NCBI GenBank assembly: GCA_964532905.1
Contig: CAZHJM010000001.1
Coordinates: forward strand, 121,593-185,592
Length of the DNA stretch: 64,000 nt
Direction: 5' to 3'
From: an uncultured Holosporaceae bacterium
GTDB taxonomy: Bacteria; Pseudomonadota; Alphaproteobacteria; UBA3830
Below the pieces are notes generated by a model. That model saw nothing but the letters and a program-made list of their open reading frames with translations, did no database searches and was not told the DNA's origin. Below, piece after piece: positions 47,038-58,932 of this stretch (position 1 is the first letter of the stretch; every line of letters begins with the position of its first letter). The position numbers and the translations under genes were made by a program.

Positions 47038-48972
47038 ATGTTCAAAAGCTTGGCAAATGCTGTTCGTTTTTTATCTATAGACCAAGTTGGAAACGCAAAT
47101 AGTGGGCATCTTGGAATGCCTTTAGGAATGTCTGATTGTTTGACAGTACTTTTTAAGAATATTTTACGTTTTGACCCCAAAGTACCAATATGGCCAAATA
47201 GAGACAGATTCGTAATGTCAGGAGGTCATGGCTCAGCTGCGCTTTATGCTTTACTTCATCTCTGCGGATATGAAAAATACTCTATTAATGAATTAAAAAA
47301 TTTTAGAAAACTTGGTTCAATCACAACTGGACATCCTGAATATAATCCTGAATTAGGTGTGGAAACAACAACAGGTCCTCTAGGTCAAGGTATTGCAAAT
47401 GCCGTTGGTATTGCCTTGGGAGAACGCATTCTAAATGCACGTTTAGGAAACGATTGCATTAATCACTATACATACGTCATTGCAGGAGAAGGCGATTTGA
47501 TGGAAGGTTTGTCACATGAAGCTTGTTCATTTGCAGGTCATCTATCACTTGGTCGCTTAATAATTCTTTTTGATAAAAATAACGTTACTATAGATGGTAA
47601 TATAAATATATGTGATAATGAAAATACAAAAAAAAGATTTGAAGCTTATGGATGGCATGTACAGGAAATCAATGGGCATGATGAAGAGCAAATTAATCAA
47701 TCTATTGTAACGGCTCAAAATGATAAACGTCCTTCAATTATAATATGTAATACAAAAATAGGGTACGGTACACCAAGAGAAGGAAAATCTAATGCGCATA
47801 GCGGCGCTTTATCACCTGAAGAAAGAAATTTTGCATGTAAATATTTTGGATGGGAATATAGTGAATTTGAAATTCCTGAATATATTGAAAAAGCCTGGAA
47901 AGTCATAGGAGCTCGTAACCACGAAATTTGCAAAATGTGGATGAAAACACAAAATCAAAAATATCAATCTCTTGATACAGATATAAACAAAACTCTTAAT
48001 AATGTATTTAAGAAATTGAAAAAAGAATATTTTATATCAAGACCTTTTGAAGCAACTAGAATTTCTTCTCAAACAGTAATCAATGAAATTGCTGAAAAAC
48101 TTCCTTTATTTATTTCTGGATCATGTGATTTAGGAAAATCAACAGGTTGTAAATCAAAAAATATGAAAGATATTACAAAAGAAGATTTTTCTGGGAATTA
48201 TATCAATTATGGTATTCGCGAACATGCAATGGGAGCAATTATAAATGGAATGGTTGCTAGTCATAAAATAAAATGTTGTGGAGGAACATTTCTCACGTTT
48301 AGCGATTATATGCGCCCTGCTATCCGCATGAGTGCACTTATGAATATTCCTTCTATATTCGTCTTTTCTCATGATTCTATAGGTGTAGGTGAAGACGGAC
48401 CTACTCATCAACCTATAGAGCATTTAGCATCATTGCGAGCTATTCCAAACCTGAATGTATTACGTCCCGCCGATGCTTTAGAAACCACAGAATGTTGGGA
48501 AATAGCTTTAAAAAGCAAATGTCCATCTGCTTTAATTTTAAGTAGACAAGGAGTATTAAGTGCAAGATTTAGTGGACGTAGCAACCTATGTTTAAATGGA
48601 GCTTATTTACTAAATTATGATGATAATGCAGAAATTACGCTTATAGCTTCAGGTTCGGAGGTAGGAATCGCTTTAGAATTAAAGAAATTCCTAAATGATA
48701 AATCTATTAGTGTAAATATCGTAAGTATGCCATGTTGTGAATTATTTGAAAAACAATCTAGTGAATATAAATCTCAAATCTTGGGGAAAAAATTAAGAGT
48801 CTTTATAGAAGCTTCCAACGGTTTTGGTCTAGAAAAGTATTTAGGAGAATCTGGAATATTTTTTGGTGTTAAAAGTTTTGGTTTATCTTATTCTGCAAAA
48901 GATGCATTTGAACATTTTCAGCTGACCGCAAAACACATATATACAAAAATATTGAAAAAATTAGGAGTATAA
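47038..48972 (+). CDS. tkt: transketolase
   Basis: ANSGHLGMPLG, the ThDP motif GEGDLMEGLSHEA and GEDGPTHQPIEHL. Start set at MFKSLANAVR. Confidence 0.95.
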   Translation: MFKSLANAVRFLSIDQVGNANSGHLGMPLGMSDCLTVLFKNILRFDPKVPIWPNRDRFVMSGGHGSAALYALLHLCGYEKYSINELKNFRKLGSITTGHPEYNPELGVETTTGPLGQGIANAVGIALGERILNARLGNDCINHYTYVIAGEGDLMEGLSHEACSFAGHLSLGRLIILFDKNNVTIDGNINICDNENTKKRFEAYGWHVQEINGHDEEQINQSIVTAQNDKRPSIIICNTKIGYGTPREGKSNAHSGALSPEERNFACKYFGWEYSEFEIPEYIEKAWKVIGARNHEICKMWMKTQNQKYQSLDTDINKTLNNVFKKLKKEYFISRPFEATRISSQTVINEIAEKLPLFISGSCDLGKSTGCKSKNMKDITKEDFSGNYINYGIREHAMGAIINGMVASHKIKCCGGTFLTFSDYMRPAIRMSALMNIPSIFVFSHDSIGVGEDGPTHQPIEHLASLRAIPNLNVLRPADALETTECWEIALKSKCPSALILSRQGVLSARFSGRSNLCLNGAYLLNYDDNAEITLIASGSEVGIALELKKFLNDKSISVNIVSMPCCELFEKQSSEYKSQILGKKLRVFIEASNGFGLEKYLGESGIFFGVKSFGLSYSAKDAFEHFQLTAKHIYTKILKKLGV

Positions 48973-49968
48973 ATGAGAATTGCTATTAATGGATTTGGAC
49001 GAATCGGGAAAATGATATTTAGAGCTGCTATTGAGCAACACTATAATAATATCGAAATTGTAGCTATAAACGATTTACAAAATTTAGATACTGCTTTACA
49101 TTTGCTTAGGTATGATTCTATTCATGGACGTTCCAATATACAATTAGAAAAAATATCTCCTCAAATATTTTCAGCAAATAATAAAAAAATTCATTATTTT
49201 TCTGAAAAAAATCCAATTAATCTACCCTGGAAAGAATTAAATATAGATTTAGTTATGGAATGTACTGGATTATTAAAAACATATGATAAATGTAACTTAC
49301 ATATTCAAGCCGGTGCAAAAAAGGTTTTATTATCTTGTCCAGGAAATGATATTGAAAAAACTATTATTTTTGGAGTCAATAATGAGGAATTAAAAAAAGA
49401 CAAAGATATAATTATTTCATGTGGTTCATGTACTACTAATTGTATCGCTCCGATAATAAAAATACTACATTCAGAATTTGGTATTCAATGTGGAAGTATT
49501 TCTACTATACATTCATATACTAATGATCAAAGACTAACTGATTCTGAACATAAAGACTTAAGAAGGGCAAGAGCAGCAGGATTAAATATTATCCCTACTT
49601 CAACTGGAGCGGCAAAAGCTATTACAAAAATATTCCCTGACTTAAAAAATAAGCTATCTAGTATTGCTTTTAGAGTGCCTACACCAAATGTTTCATTAAT
49701 AGATTGTAATTTTTATTTAAAATCTAAAGTTAATACTTCTGATACTAATAATTTAATAAAAAAATGGAGTAATAAATTACCAAAAATTTTATGGTACACT
49801 GAAGAAAAACTTGTATCGTCAGATTTTTGTCATTTATCATATAGTTCTATTGTTGATTTATCTTTAACAGAAGTTACACAAGAGTCTGTTGTACATTTGG
49901 TTTCTTGGTATGACAATGAATGGGGATTTTCATGTCGAATGTTAGACAATACTCTCTTGATGTTTTAA
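48973..49968 (+). CDS. gap: glyceraldehyde-3-phosphate dehydrogenase
   Basis: INGFGRIGK, the active site SCTTNC and WYDNEWGF. Confidence 0.95.
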   Translation: MRIAINGFGRIGKMIFRAAIEQHYNNIEIVAINDLQNLDTALHLLRYDSIHGRSNIQLEKISPQIFSANNKKIHYFSEKNPINLPWKELNIDLVMECTGLLKTYDKCNLHIQAGAKKVLLSCPGNDIEKTIIFGVNNEELKKDKDIIISCGSCTTNCIAPIIKILHSEFGIQCGSISTIHSYTNDQRLTDSEHKDLRRARAAGLNIIPTSTGAAKAITKIFPDLKNKLSSIAFRVPTPNVSLIDCNFYLKSKVNTSDTNNLIKKWSNKLPKILWYTEEKLVSSDFCHLSYSSIVDLSLTEVTQESVVHLVSWYDNEWGFSCRMLDNTLLMF

Positions 49969-50008
49969 TCGTTTATGTTCTATTATCAGATCAGCAAATG
50001 GGCTTGAT

Positions 50009-50251
50009 ATGAAAAAAGATATTTGTAAAATGGAGTTTGAAGAGGCATTAGAGGAATTAGAGAGGATTTCTAATCTAATGAATGAAGGAAATTTGCCCCT
50101 TAAAGAAGCTGCAAAACTTTATGAAACAGGAGTTCAACTAAAAGAACATTGTTCTAAAATTTTAGAATCTATTGAACTAAAAGTTCAACAGATTTCAATG
50201 AAAAATGATGGCAGTGTCGACATTATTAGAAGGAAAGATATGGAGTTATGA
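50009..50251 (+). CDS. xseB: exodeoxyribonuclease VII small subunit
   Basis: 80 aa. FEEALEELERISNLMNEGNLPLKEAAKLYETGVQL is the XseB signature. Confidence 0.85.
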   Translation: MKKDICKMEFEEALEELERISNLMNEGNLPLKEAAKLYETGVQLKEHCSKILESIELKVQQISMKNDGSVDIIRRKDMEL

Positions 50252-50553
50252 TGGATATACTAGTAGTTCCCTTTTTATTACTTTTAAAGGCTATATTAGG
50301 TCTAGCTATTTGGGTAGTAATCGCAGATGTAATAATGAATTGGTTATTGATAGCCAATGTAATTAATCCAAATAACAGATTTGTGATGTATATAATAGAA
50401 ACATTATCTAGAATATCTTCAATAATGCTAAACCCTATCCGTAGATACATACCTATGACTATGGGAACGATAGATCTTTCACCTGTAGTATTAATTTTAA
50501 TTCTTACATTTTTAGAAAATGTATTTACAAGAATTTTAATAAAGTTTATGTAG
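50248..50553 (+). CDS. YggT family membrane protein
   Basis: 101 aa with 2-3 TM segments. The IADVIMNWL...NP..RF pattern and PIRRYIP...IDLSP motif are typical of YggT. Confidence 0.72.
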   Translation: MMDILVVPFLLLLKAILGLAIWVVIADVIMNWLLIANVINPNNRFVMYIIETLSRISSIMLNPIRRYIPMTMGTIDLSPVVLILILTFLENVFTRILIKFM

Positions 50554-50560
50554 GATTTCC

Positions 50561-51415
50561 ATGGTAAGAATAATTAATGGTAAAGAAATAGCAGATGAAT
50601 TTAGTCAGACTATTAAATTACGTGTTGATGAAGTTAAATCTAGAGGAGTGTTCCCTAAACTAGCGATGATAAGAGTTGGGGAAGATGAAAATACTGCAAT
50701 ATATACAATAAAAAAAGAAAAATTAGCACAACAAATTGGTATAGAAACCGTAAATTACCATTTTGATAATAAAGTAAAAAGTATAGATTTACTAAAATTA
50801 ATTAATGAATTAAATATTGATAAAAAAATACATGCAATTTTATTACAGTCTCCTCTACCAAAAAGACTGAGTTTTAGAAATATTGTTAATGCTATCAATC
50901 CTGAAAAAGATGTAGACGGATTAACAACATTAAATCAGGGAAGACTATTTTCAGGAGAGCCTGGGATTATTCCTTGCGCCCCCCTAGGCGTATTACATAT
51001 ATTAAGAATAATTCATGAAGATATAGCAGGAATGCATGCAGTAGTAATTGGTAGATCATCAACAGTTGGACGTCCTTTATCTCAATTACTATTAAACGCT
51101 AATTGTACTGTAACATTACTACATTCTTACTCTAGAAATTTAGAAGAAATTTGTAAAACAGCAGATATATTAGTCAGTGCTGTAGGGAAACCAAAGTTTG
51201 TTGATAGTAATTTTGTAAAGAAAGGGGCAACAGTTATTGATATTGGTCTAAATAAAATTAAAAATAATAATGGAGATATAAGTTTCGTTGGTGATGTTGA
51301 TTTTGACAACGTAATATCTGTAGCTGGTGCAATTACGCCTGTTCCAAATGGCATTGGTCCTATGACTGCAGCATATTTAATGCACAATACTTTAAAATTA
51401 GCTTGCTGTTATTGA
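50561..51415 (+). CDS. folD: bifunctional methylenetetrahydrofolate dehydrogenase/cyclohydrolase
   Basis: ILLQSPLP, PEKDVDGL, VIGRSSTVGRPL and TPVPNGIGPMT motifs. Confidence 0.95.
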   Translation: MVRIINGKEIADEFSQTIKLRVDEVKSRGVFPKLAMIRVGEDENTAIYTIKKEKLAQQIGIETVNYHFDNKVKSIDLLKLINELNIDKKIHAILLQSPLPKRLSFRNIVNAINPEKDVDGLTTLNQGRLFSGEPGIIPCAPLGVLHILRIIHEDIAGMHAVVIGRSSTVGRPLSQLLLNANCTVTLLHSYSRNLEEICKTADILVSAVGKPKFVDSNFVKKGATVIDIGLNKIKNNNGDISFVGDVDFDNVISVAGAITPVPNGIGPMTAAYLMHNTLKLACCY

Positions 51416-51457
51416 CACAATGTGTTATTATTTATGATTAAATATTTGGAGGATTTT

Positions 51458-52045
51458 ATGAAGAAAGTATGCTATCTATCTATATTTTTTCTTTCCTGTG
51501 TATATGGTTCAGACGAAGATATGCAACGTGAATATTATGGAAAAATTGAAGTACTGGAACACAAAGTAGAAAAAATTGAAAAAGATTTAAATGAAATAAA
51601 AGAAATAATTAGCGAAAAAGCAAGCATAGAAAGAACTGAAAGCGAACAAGCAGAACTATTAAAAGGTAAAAATGAACAACAGATTGTTGAAGAAATAAAA
51701 TCCCTAATCAAACATGAAGAATTCAATAAAGCTGTAAATTTAGTAAATACATTCTTGAAGCATAATGAAAAAAGCATTTATCGTGGAATGATGTTATATT
51801 ATGTAGGAAAAAGTTATCTAAAACAAAATAATTATAATAAAGCCGCAGAATATTATATGGATAGTTATAGTGCTAATAAAAATGGTGCTAAAACCGCTAA
51901 GGCGCTATATAAATTGGCTTTTTGTTTTGAAAAATTAAATAAAATCGAACATGCAAAGGATACTTTAAAAATAATTGAAAGTGAATATTCTCACACTAAA
52001 TACGCTAAAAAAGCCAATAAAGAATTAAAACAGCTTAGCAAATAG
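51458..52045 (+). CDS. signal-peptide coiled-coil/TPR protein (CpoB/YbgF-like)
   Basis: Signal peptide MKKVCYLSIFFLSCVYG, then a coiled-coil segment followed by TPR-like repeats (YYVGKSYLKQNNYNKAAEYY; ALYKLAFCFEKLNKIEHAKDTL). The call is tentative. Confidence 0.45.
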   Translation: MKKVCYLSIFFLSCVYGSDEDMQREYYGKIEVLEHKVEKIEKDLNEIKEIISEKASIERTESEQAELLKGKNEQQIVEEIKSLIKHEEFNKAVNLVNTFLKHNEKSIYRGMMLYYVGKSYLKQNNYNKAAEYYMDSYSANKNGAKTAKALYKLAFCFEKLNKIEHAKDTLKIIESEYSHTKYAKKANKELKQLSK

Positions 52046-52048
52046 CTA

Positions 52049-53359
52049 ATGTATTTTGATTTTCAAAGTGCAAAACAAACTGTGTTTTTGTTTTTGCAAG
52101 AGATGGAGAGATTATTACTATATTACAGTTCTTATTATCATGAATTAGATTGCAAGTCGATTTGTGTTGCAGTTTCTGGGGGTTCAGATAGCTTAGCGTT
52201 ACTTTTCCTTTTATCTGAATTTGCAAGATTAAAGCAGTGGTATTTATATTGTGTTACTGTTGACCATAAACTAAGAGCAAAATCCACAGAAGAAGCTCTT
52301 TTTGTAAAGGATATATGTTCTAAACTAAATGTCGAGCACCATATTTTAACATGGGAACATGATTTAGTAATAGAGGAAGGGAAATTAGAAAATTTAGCTC
52401 GTCAGGCACGTTATAAATTATTAGAGCAATTCTGTTTAGATAAAAAAATACAATTTATAGCGACAGGGCATAATTGGAATGATCAAATTGAAACACATGA
52501 ACTCAGAAAAATCAAAGGTAGTTCCAATTTAGGTCTTGCGGGAATGAGTCAAATAAGATCTTTATCTGAAAATGTAAAAATTTTAAGACCTTTGCTTATT
52601 TTTTCTAAAGAATATTTAAAAGATTTCTTAATAAGTCAAAATATAGATTGGAAAACAGATCCAATGAATTTTAATGATCATTTTCAAAGAGTTACAATTA
52701 GAAAAAATATAGAAACATATAGCAAAGACAAATTAAACGAAATTTCTAGAATAATTCAAAAATTAGGACAGAAAAGAGCAACTATAGAGAAAAAAGCTGT
52801 AGATTTTCTGCTAACTTATGTCAGTATCAATAATGTTGGTTATGCAATTGTAGGAGATTTTTCTAAATTTATCAATTACAAATCCGAAATACAAATGGAA
52901 ATTCTAAGAAGAGTAATTTGGCAAATTGGAGGGAAAGAATATCCTGTATCTATTAATGAAAATATTGCAAAAAATATTATTAATCGAAAAATAAATACCA
53001 TAGGAAGGTGTTTAATTAAAATAAAACAAAATCATATTTTAGTTTTTAGAGAAAATAGAAATATTCCTTCTATGCAGGTAAAAAAACATAAAATACTATG
53101 GGATAATCGATTTATAATTGATTTATCAGCATTAAATATAACATCTTTTTATAATTTAATGGTTACTAGTTATATTAGAAATATAAGGGAAGAAGATCTT
53201 TCGTCAAATTTGTATATTCCTAAAGAAGCATTTCCAGGTTTCCCTTGTTTATATCAAAATCATAAAGTAAAATATAATCTCGAAAAATGGGAAAAGAGTA
53301 TAGATTTTCTATATAAAGCTAATTTTTTCGATACATTTTGTGGAGTGAACTGTGAATAA
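52049..53359 (+). CDS. tilS: tRNA(Ile)-lysidine synthase
   Basis: PP-loop [15 protein letters not shown] and [12 protein letters not shown]. The exact start is uncertain. Confidence 0.87.
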   Translation: MYFDFQSAKQTVFLFLQEMERLLLYYSSYYHELDCKSICVAVSGGSDSLALLFLLSEFARLKQWYLYCVTVDHKLRAKSTEEALFVKDICSKLNVEHHILTWEHDLVIEEGKLENLARQARYKLLEQFCLDKKIQFIATGHNWNDQIETHELRKIKGSSNLGLAGMSQIRSLSENVKILRPLLIFSKEYLKDFLISQNIDWKTDPMNFNDHFQRVTIRKNIETYSKDKLNEISRIIQKLGQKRATIEKKAVDFLLTYVSINNVGYAIVGDFSKFINYKSEIQMEILRRVIWQIGGKEYPVSINENIAKNIINRKINTIGRCLIKIKQNHILVFRENRNIPSMQVKKHKILWDNRFIIDLSALNITSFYNLMVTSYIRNIREEDLSSNLYIPKEAFPGFPCLYQNHKVKYNLEKWEKSIDFLYKANFFDTFCGVNCE

Positions 53360-55313
53360 AAATAAAAATTATAACTATAAAAATCTCACAATTTGGATCG
53401 CTATTGGTTGTTTTTTCTTCCTGGTGGTTCAGACATTAGTAAATATAAAAGATAATGAAAATATTATTCCGTATTCTGAATTTATATCAGAAGTTGATGC
53501 GGGAAAAGTTTCTAATGTAACAATAAAAGGATTAACAGTTGAAGGTGTATTCTCTAATGGCAAAGCATTTACAACTTATAATCCAGCTGATCATGATATG
53601 GTAAAAAAATTATTAGAAAGTCATGTAAAAATTACAGCCGCACCAGTAGATGACAGATATTCTTTTCTCCATTTGTTTTTTAGTTGGTTACCGCTGTTAA
53701 TATTGTGTGGCATGTGGTTTTTTGCTTTGAGACAAATGCAGAGTGGGGGAAATCGGGCTTTTGGATTTGGAAAATCAAAAGCAAAACTATTAGCAAAAGG
53801 AGGGAAAGTTACTTTTGATGATGTCGCCGGCATCGATGAAGCAAAAAATGAATTAGAAGAAATAGTAGATTTTCTGAGAGATCCTAATAAATTCAAAAGA
53901 TTGGGCGGAAAAATTCCAAGAGGTGTTCTTCTCGTAGGTCCTCCGGGAACAGGAAAAACTCTTTTAGCAAGAGCTATTGCAGGTGAAGCGAATGTTCCTT
54001 TTTTCAGCATTTCTGGTTCTGAATTTGTAGAAATGTTCGTGGGTGTTGGGGCAAGCCGGGTAAGAGATATGTTCGAACAAGGCAAAAAAAATGCTCCATG
54101 TATCATTTTTATAGATGAAATTGATGCAGTCGGCAGACATCGTGGATTCGGTTTAGGTGGAGGGAATGACGAACGTGAACAAACTCTTAATCAGTTATTA
54201 GTAGAAATGGATGGTTTTGAAGAAAATAATGGCGTTATTGTAATTTCTGCAACTAATAGACCTGATGTATTGGATCCAGCGTTATTAAGACCAGGGCGTT
54301 TCGATAGACAAGTTGTAGTGCCCGCACCAGATGTTAATGGACGTGAAAAAATCCTGCAAGTACACATTAAAAAAGTTCAAGCTGCACCAGATGTTGATCT
54401 CAAAGTGATAGCTCGTGGAACTCCCGGGTTCTCAGGTGCCGATTTAGCAAACTTAATTAATGAAGCTGCACTTCTTGCTGCTCGTTTTGGGAAACGTCTA
54501 GTTGGCATGGAAGAAATGGAAGAAGCAAAAGATAAGGTCATGATGGGAAGTGAAAGACGTTCCATGGTAATGACTGAAAATGAAAGAAAAATTACAGCAT
54601 ATCATGAGGCGGGGCATACAGTTGTTGCTTTAAATATTCCAGAATCTGATCCAGTACATAAAGTAACAATTATACCTAGAGGTAGAGCTTTAGGACTCAC
54701 TATGAGATTGCCGGAAAATGACCGCATATCTGTTTCTAAAATAAAATTGGAGACAGATTTAGCTGTAGCAGCAGGAGGACGTATTGCCGAAGAAATGATT
54801 TTTGGAAGTGAACATATCACCACAGGTGCTTCTTCAGACATCGAACAAGCTACTCGTATAGCAAAACGTATGGTTATTGAATGGGGCATGAGTGAAAAAC
54901 TAGGATTTCTTTCTTATGCTGGAGAAGGCGCACAAGAAGTCTTTTTAGGACATGCGTCATCTTCTGCAAAAAATATATCTGCAGAGACAGCAAAAATCAT
55001 AGATGAAGAAGTAAGGGCAATTATAGATCGAGCATACGACAGAAGTCGTCAAATTCTCAAAGATAACCGCAAAGCTTTAGACTTACTTGCAGAAGGATTG
55101 CTAGAATATGAAACACTAAGTGGAGAAGAAATTCAGAAAATCTTAGAAGGTCAGAAAATCATAAAAAAGCAAAAGGCAACAGCTATTAAAACTACTAAAA
55201 AATCAAAAATGCCTACCTCACAAGATATAGTAGATGAAAAATCACAGAAAATATCTGAAAAACCAAAAAAAAGCAGAAGCAAAAAAGGAGAGGCAAAATC
55301 AGATTTACCGTAA
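53352..55313 (+). CDS. ftsH: ATP-dependent zinc metalloprotease FtsH
   Basis: Walker [12 protein letters not shown] region, Zn motif HEAGH, and a Lys-rich C-terminal tail. Confidence 0.97.
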   Translation: MNKNKNYNYKNLTIWIAIGCFFFLVVQTLVNIKDNENIIPYSEFISEVDAGKVSNVTIKGLTVEGVFSNGKAFTTYNPADHDMVKKLLESHVKITAAPVDDRYSFLHLFFSWLPLLILCGMWFFALRQMQSGGNRAFGFGKSKAKLLAKGGKVTFDDVAGIDEAKNELEEIVDFLRDPNKFKRLGGKIPRGVLLVGPPGTGKTLLARAIAGEANVPFFSISGSEFVEMFVGVGASRVRDMFEQGKKNAPCIIFIDEIDAVGRHRGFGLGGGNDEREQTLNQLLVEMDGFEENNGVIVISATNRPDVLDPALLRPGRFDRQVVVPAPDVNGREKILQVHIKKVQAAPDVDLKVIARGTPGFSGADLANLINEAALLAARFGKRLVGMEEMEEAKDKVMMGSERRSMVMTENERKITAYHEAGHTVVALNIPESDPVHKVTIIPRGRALGLTMRLPENDRISVSKIKLETDLAVAAGGRIAEEMIFGSEHITTGASSDIEQATRIAKRMVIEWGMSEKLGFLSYAGEGAQEVFLGHASSSAKNISAETAKIIDEEVRAIIDRAYDRSRQILKDNRKALDLLAEGLLEYETLSGEEIQKILEGQKIIKKQKATAIKTTKKSKMPTSQDIVDEKSQKISEKPKKSRSKKGEAKSDLP

Positions 55314-55348
55314 ACATTGATATTGATAAAATTCGTATTGATAAATTT

Positions 55349-56254
55349 TTGACACAAAATCTAGAAAATTTTTCTAGGTCTAAGATTCAGTCTTGGATAA
55401 AAAGTGGAGCAGTCTCTGTTAATAACAAAATGATAGAAACATATAATCATTATATAAAATCAGGAGATAATATATATATTCAAATTCCAAATACTAAAGA
55501 AAATCATGAAATATCTCCTGATAAGAATGTTTCTTTTCAAATATTATTCGAAGATAGCGATATATTAGTTATAAATAAACCTGCAGGTGTTGTTGTTCAT
55601 CCTGGAGCAGGCAATTATGAACACACTTTAGTGAATGGTTTAGTTTATCATTGTAAAGAAAACTTATCAAAACTTAACACAAACCTGCGTCCTGGAATAG
55701 TTCACCGCATCGATAAAGATACAAGCGGAATTCTAGTTATAGCAAAAAATGATTACACACATTTGAATTTAGCAAAACAATTTGAGTGTCATTCAATAAA
55801 AAGAAAATATATCTGTTTTATTTATGGCATTTTACAGCCTAACAATGGCAAAATCGAAACATTATTACAGAGAGATTCTAGAAACCGTCTAAGAATGGCT
55901 ATTTCACAATATTCAGGGAAAAAAGCAATTACTATCTATAAAAGTTTAAAAATGTTTGAAACTTTTGCTTCTAAAGTAGAATGCGAGTTAAAAACGGGAC
56001 GTACTCATCAAATACGAGCGCATTTATCAAATATTGGTCATTCATTAATAGGAGATAAATTATATAAATTAAAAAATTATGCATTACCGAAAAAAATAAA
56101 CAATGAAATAAATAATTTTCAAAGACAAGCTCTTCATGCATATATGTTAGAATTTATACATCCATTATCAGAAAAAATAATGCATTTTGAAAGTGAATTA
56201 CCTGACGATATGCAAAAACTTGAAAAAATTTTAGGAAATGGAGTAACAACTTGA
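55349..56254 (+). CDS. rluD: RluA-family 23S rRNA pseudouridine synthase (RluD-like)
   Basis: S4-like N-terminus, catalytic HRIDKDTSG, and GRTHQIRAH. The true start is probably upstream of the first canonical start codon (see findings). Confidence 0.87.
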   Translation: MTQNLENFSRSKIQSWIKSGAVSVNNKMIETYNHYIKSGDNIYIQIPNTKENHEISPDKNVSFQILFEDSDILVINKPAGVVVHPGAGNYEHTLVNGLVYHCKENLSKLNTNLRPGIVHRIDKDTSGILVIAKNDYTHLNLAKQFECHSIKRKYICFIYGILQPNNGKIETLLQRDSRNRLRMAISQYSGKKAITIYKSLKMFETFASKVECELKTGRTHQIRAHLSNIGHSLIGDKLYKLKNYALPKKINNEINNFQRQALHAYMLEFIHPLSEKIMHFESELPDDMQKLEKILGNGVTT

Positions 56255-56979
56255 TTAATAAACTAATCAAATTAAAAGAAATCACAAGCACACATAAATT
56301 GGCTTTGCAAATAATAGAAAGTAATAAAGCCTCTGAATGTGTAATTCTAGCAGAAAAACAAACTGCAGGAATAGGTCGCTATAATAGAAAATGGATTTCA
56401 TCAAACGGTAATTTGTTTGCATCAATTATTCGGCAAATTAATCTCGAAAAAAACATTAGTAAAATTTCATTAGCTGTAGCTTGTGCTATACATAAAACAT
56501 TATGTAGATATATTCAAAAAAAAAATAAGTTGAAATTACATTGGCCAAATGATATTTATTATGAAGATAAAAAAATTAGCGGAATATTAATAGCAGTTAT
56601 TGAAAAATGGATAGTGATTAGTATAGGTGTAAATATTCATACTGTACCAACTCCATTAGCAATAAGTTTAGAAGATATTTCTGTTGAAATATGTATTTCT
56701 GCTGAACAATTATTAAAAAACATATTACATGAATTAGATAATTGGATATGTTTACCAAATATTAACGATTTTTTGTGTATACAACAATATTGGCTAAAAA
56801 ATATGTATGGAATTAACAATTTGGCAACCATAAAAAACAATAAAGAATCCCTCATTGGAATAATAAGAGGAATAGACAATTTAGGAAGACTAATTCTAGA
56901 AAAAGATAATAGAAATTTATATGTTTCAAGTGGTGATATATTTATAAACGAAAACAAACTAATGGTGAACTATGAGTAA
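56251..56979 (+). CDS. birA: biotin--[acetyl-CoA-carboxylase] ligase (no HTH domain)
   Basis: AEKQTAGIGRYNRKWISSNGNLFASI matches the BPL GRGRxGRxW motif. It is 242 aa with a TTG start. Confidence 0.85.
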   Translation: MINKLIKLKEITSTHKLALQIIESNKASECVILAEKQTAGIGRYNRKWISSNGNLFASIIRQINLEKNISKISLAVACAIHKTLCRYIQKKNKLKLHWPNDIYYEDKKISGILIAVIEKWIVISIGVNIHTVPTPLAISLEDISVEICISAEQLLKNILHELDNWICLPNINDFLCIQQYWLKNMYGINNLATIKNNKESLIGIIRGIDNLGRLILEKDNRNLYVSSGDIFINENKLMVNYE

Positions 56980-58630
56980 AAACTATAAAAATTTATCTGG
57001 ATTAAATTTCATTTCTATTGGTGGATGTTCTGAAATAGGTATGAATTTATATGCTTATATATTTGATGATCAATGGATTTTAGTTGATATGGGCATGGGA
57101 TTTGATAATTCCTTAGGAAGAGAATTGATTGTACCATCTCCTAGCGAATTAATAAAAAATAAATCAAAAATTAAAGCATTATTTATTACACATTCACATG
57201 AGGATCATATAGGAGCTATTCCTTATCTATGGCCAATGATTGAATGTCCTATATATGCCCGTCAATTTGCAATTGAAATGATAAAAGATAAGTTATCTCA
57301 ATTTGATTTAGAAAAAAGTGTTCCACTAATTAAAGTTGCACTAAATCAACAAATTAAAGTAGGTAAATTTTCTATAGAGTTTATAGCAATGGCACATTCA
57401 ACACCTGAATCAAGTGCTTTAGCAATTCAAACTGAAGCAGGAACAGTAATTCACTCTGGAGATTGGCGTATCGATAGTGACCCAGTGCTTGGATATAAAA
57501 CAGATGAAGAAAAATTAAAACAATATGGAGATAAAGGTGTCTTAGCTCTTGTTTGTGACTCAACCAATGCTTTTAGAGAGGAACATTATGGAACTGAAAG
57601 AGAAGTTCGACAAAATTTGATAAAACTCGTTGAACAATACAAAGGTAACAGAGTTTTAATTACTTGTTTCGCATCTAATCTTGCTAGATTGGAATCTTGC
57701 TATTATGCAGCAAAAGAAAACGATAGAAGAATTATAGTCGTTGGTCGTTCTATGAAAAAAATAGAAAAAGTTGCTAGAGCTGCAGGATATTTGACAGATG
57801 TGCCAGCTTTTATGGATGAATGGTCAGTAAAAGATATAGATCCGGCTCATTCTTTATTAGTCTGTACAGGCAGTCAGGGAGAATTAAATTCTGCTTTAAA
57901 TAAAATATCCCATGATGAACACAAACATATAAAACTAGATAAAGGTGATGTTGTAATATTCTCTTCTAGAACCATTCCTGGTAATGAAAAATCCGTTTTG
58001 GAAGTACAAAATGCTCTCATTGAAAAAGGCGTTAAAATTATCACTGATTTGGACTATGAAATTCATGCTTCTGGCCACCCAAGTCAAGAAGAATTAAAGA
58101 TTTTATATAAACTAATACATCCGAAAATTCTAATTCCTATCCATGGAGAAAGAATTCATTTACATAAACAAGCTGATATTGCGCGTGAATACGGCATAAA
58201 AGAAACATTAATTCCATATGATGGAAATGTAATTAATATAAACAAGGATGGCGCAACAGTTATTGATAACATACATAATGAACTTCTTGCTGTTGATGGA
58301 ACAAAATTAATTCCACTTAATGGAAATGTTTATAAAGCAAGGGCAAAGCTCGCAAATGATGGGCTTGTAAGTTTATGTGTTAAATATGCAGGTGAACTAA
58401 TAAAATTATTCGACTTTGAATGCATAGGAATTTTTGAAGATTCTGAAAATGAAGAAATACAAGGAATAAAAAAAGCAGTAGAAAATGAAATTCAATTATC
58501 TTTTAATAATATATCAAGAGAAAAGTTAACTAATCAAAAAATAAAAGAATCTATCAAAAAAATTGTAAAAACAGTATTTTTAGAAAATATAGGGAAAAAA
58601 CCATTAGTAATAACTCATGTTATAGCATAA
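56972..58630 (+). CDS. rnj: ribonuclease J
   Basis: Metallo-beta-lactamase HSHEDHIGA, beta-CASP region, HASGH; 552 aa. Confidence 0.9.
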   Translation: MSKNYKNLSGLNFISIGGCSEIGMNLYAYIFDDQWILVDMGMGFDNSLGRELIVPSPSELIKNKSKIKALFITHSHEDHIGAIPYLWPMIECPIYARQFAIEMIKDKLSQFDLEKSVPLIKVALNQQIKVGKFSIEFIAMAHSTPESSALAIQTEAGTVIHSGDWRIDSDPVLGYKTDEEKLKQYGDKGVLALVCDSTNAFREEHYGTEREVRQNLIKLVEQYKGNRVLITCFASNLARLESCYYAAKENDRRIIVVGRSMKKIEKVARAAGYLTDVPAFMDEWSVKDIDPAHSLLVCTGSQGELNSALNKISHDEHKHIKLDKGDVVIFSSRTIPGNEKSVLEVQNALIEKGVKIITDLDYEIHASGHPSQEELKILYKLIHPKILIPIHGERIHLHKQADIAREYGIKETLIPYDGNVININKDGATVIDNIHNELLAVDGTKLIPLNGNVYKARAKLANDGLVSLCVKYAGELIKLFDFECIGIFEDSENEEIQGIKKAVENEIQLSFNNISREKLTNQKIKESIKKIVKTVFLENIGKKPLVITHVIA

Positions 58631-58932
58631 TTAAGGTTTTCACTTTTGTAATGTTTTTAAATTTAGATGCTACAAGGATTGATTTTTGAAATTCGACTCT
58701 TTTATATAAATCTATTATAGATTAAAACACTAGCAAAGTGAAACTTTACATAATTTGTAATAATTCGTATTGCAAAATTTCTTAATAAAAGTATTTGATT
58801 ATTTTGTATAACTATAATATGAAGCTTAAATGATTTCGCATGTTAGATTAGTTTTATCATAAAGACTCTTTTCATTGCTATTTCAAACAAATGTGTTTCC
58901 TTTTTTCGAATTATATTATTTTTTTCAACTCA

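Noticed and set aside
53621-54106. 161-aa ORF on the minus strand
   Set aside because: It is antisense to the highly conserved AAA+ core of ftsH, so it is a shadow ORF.
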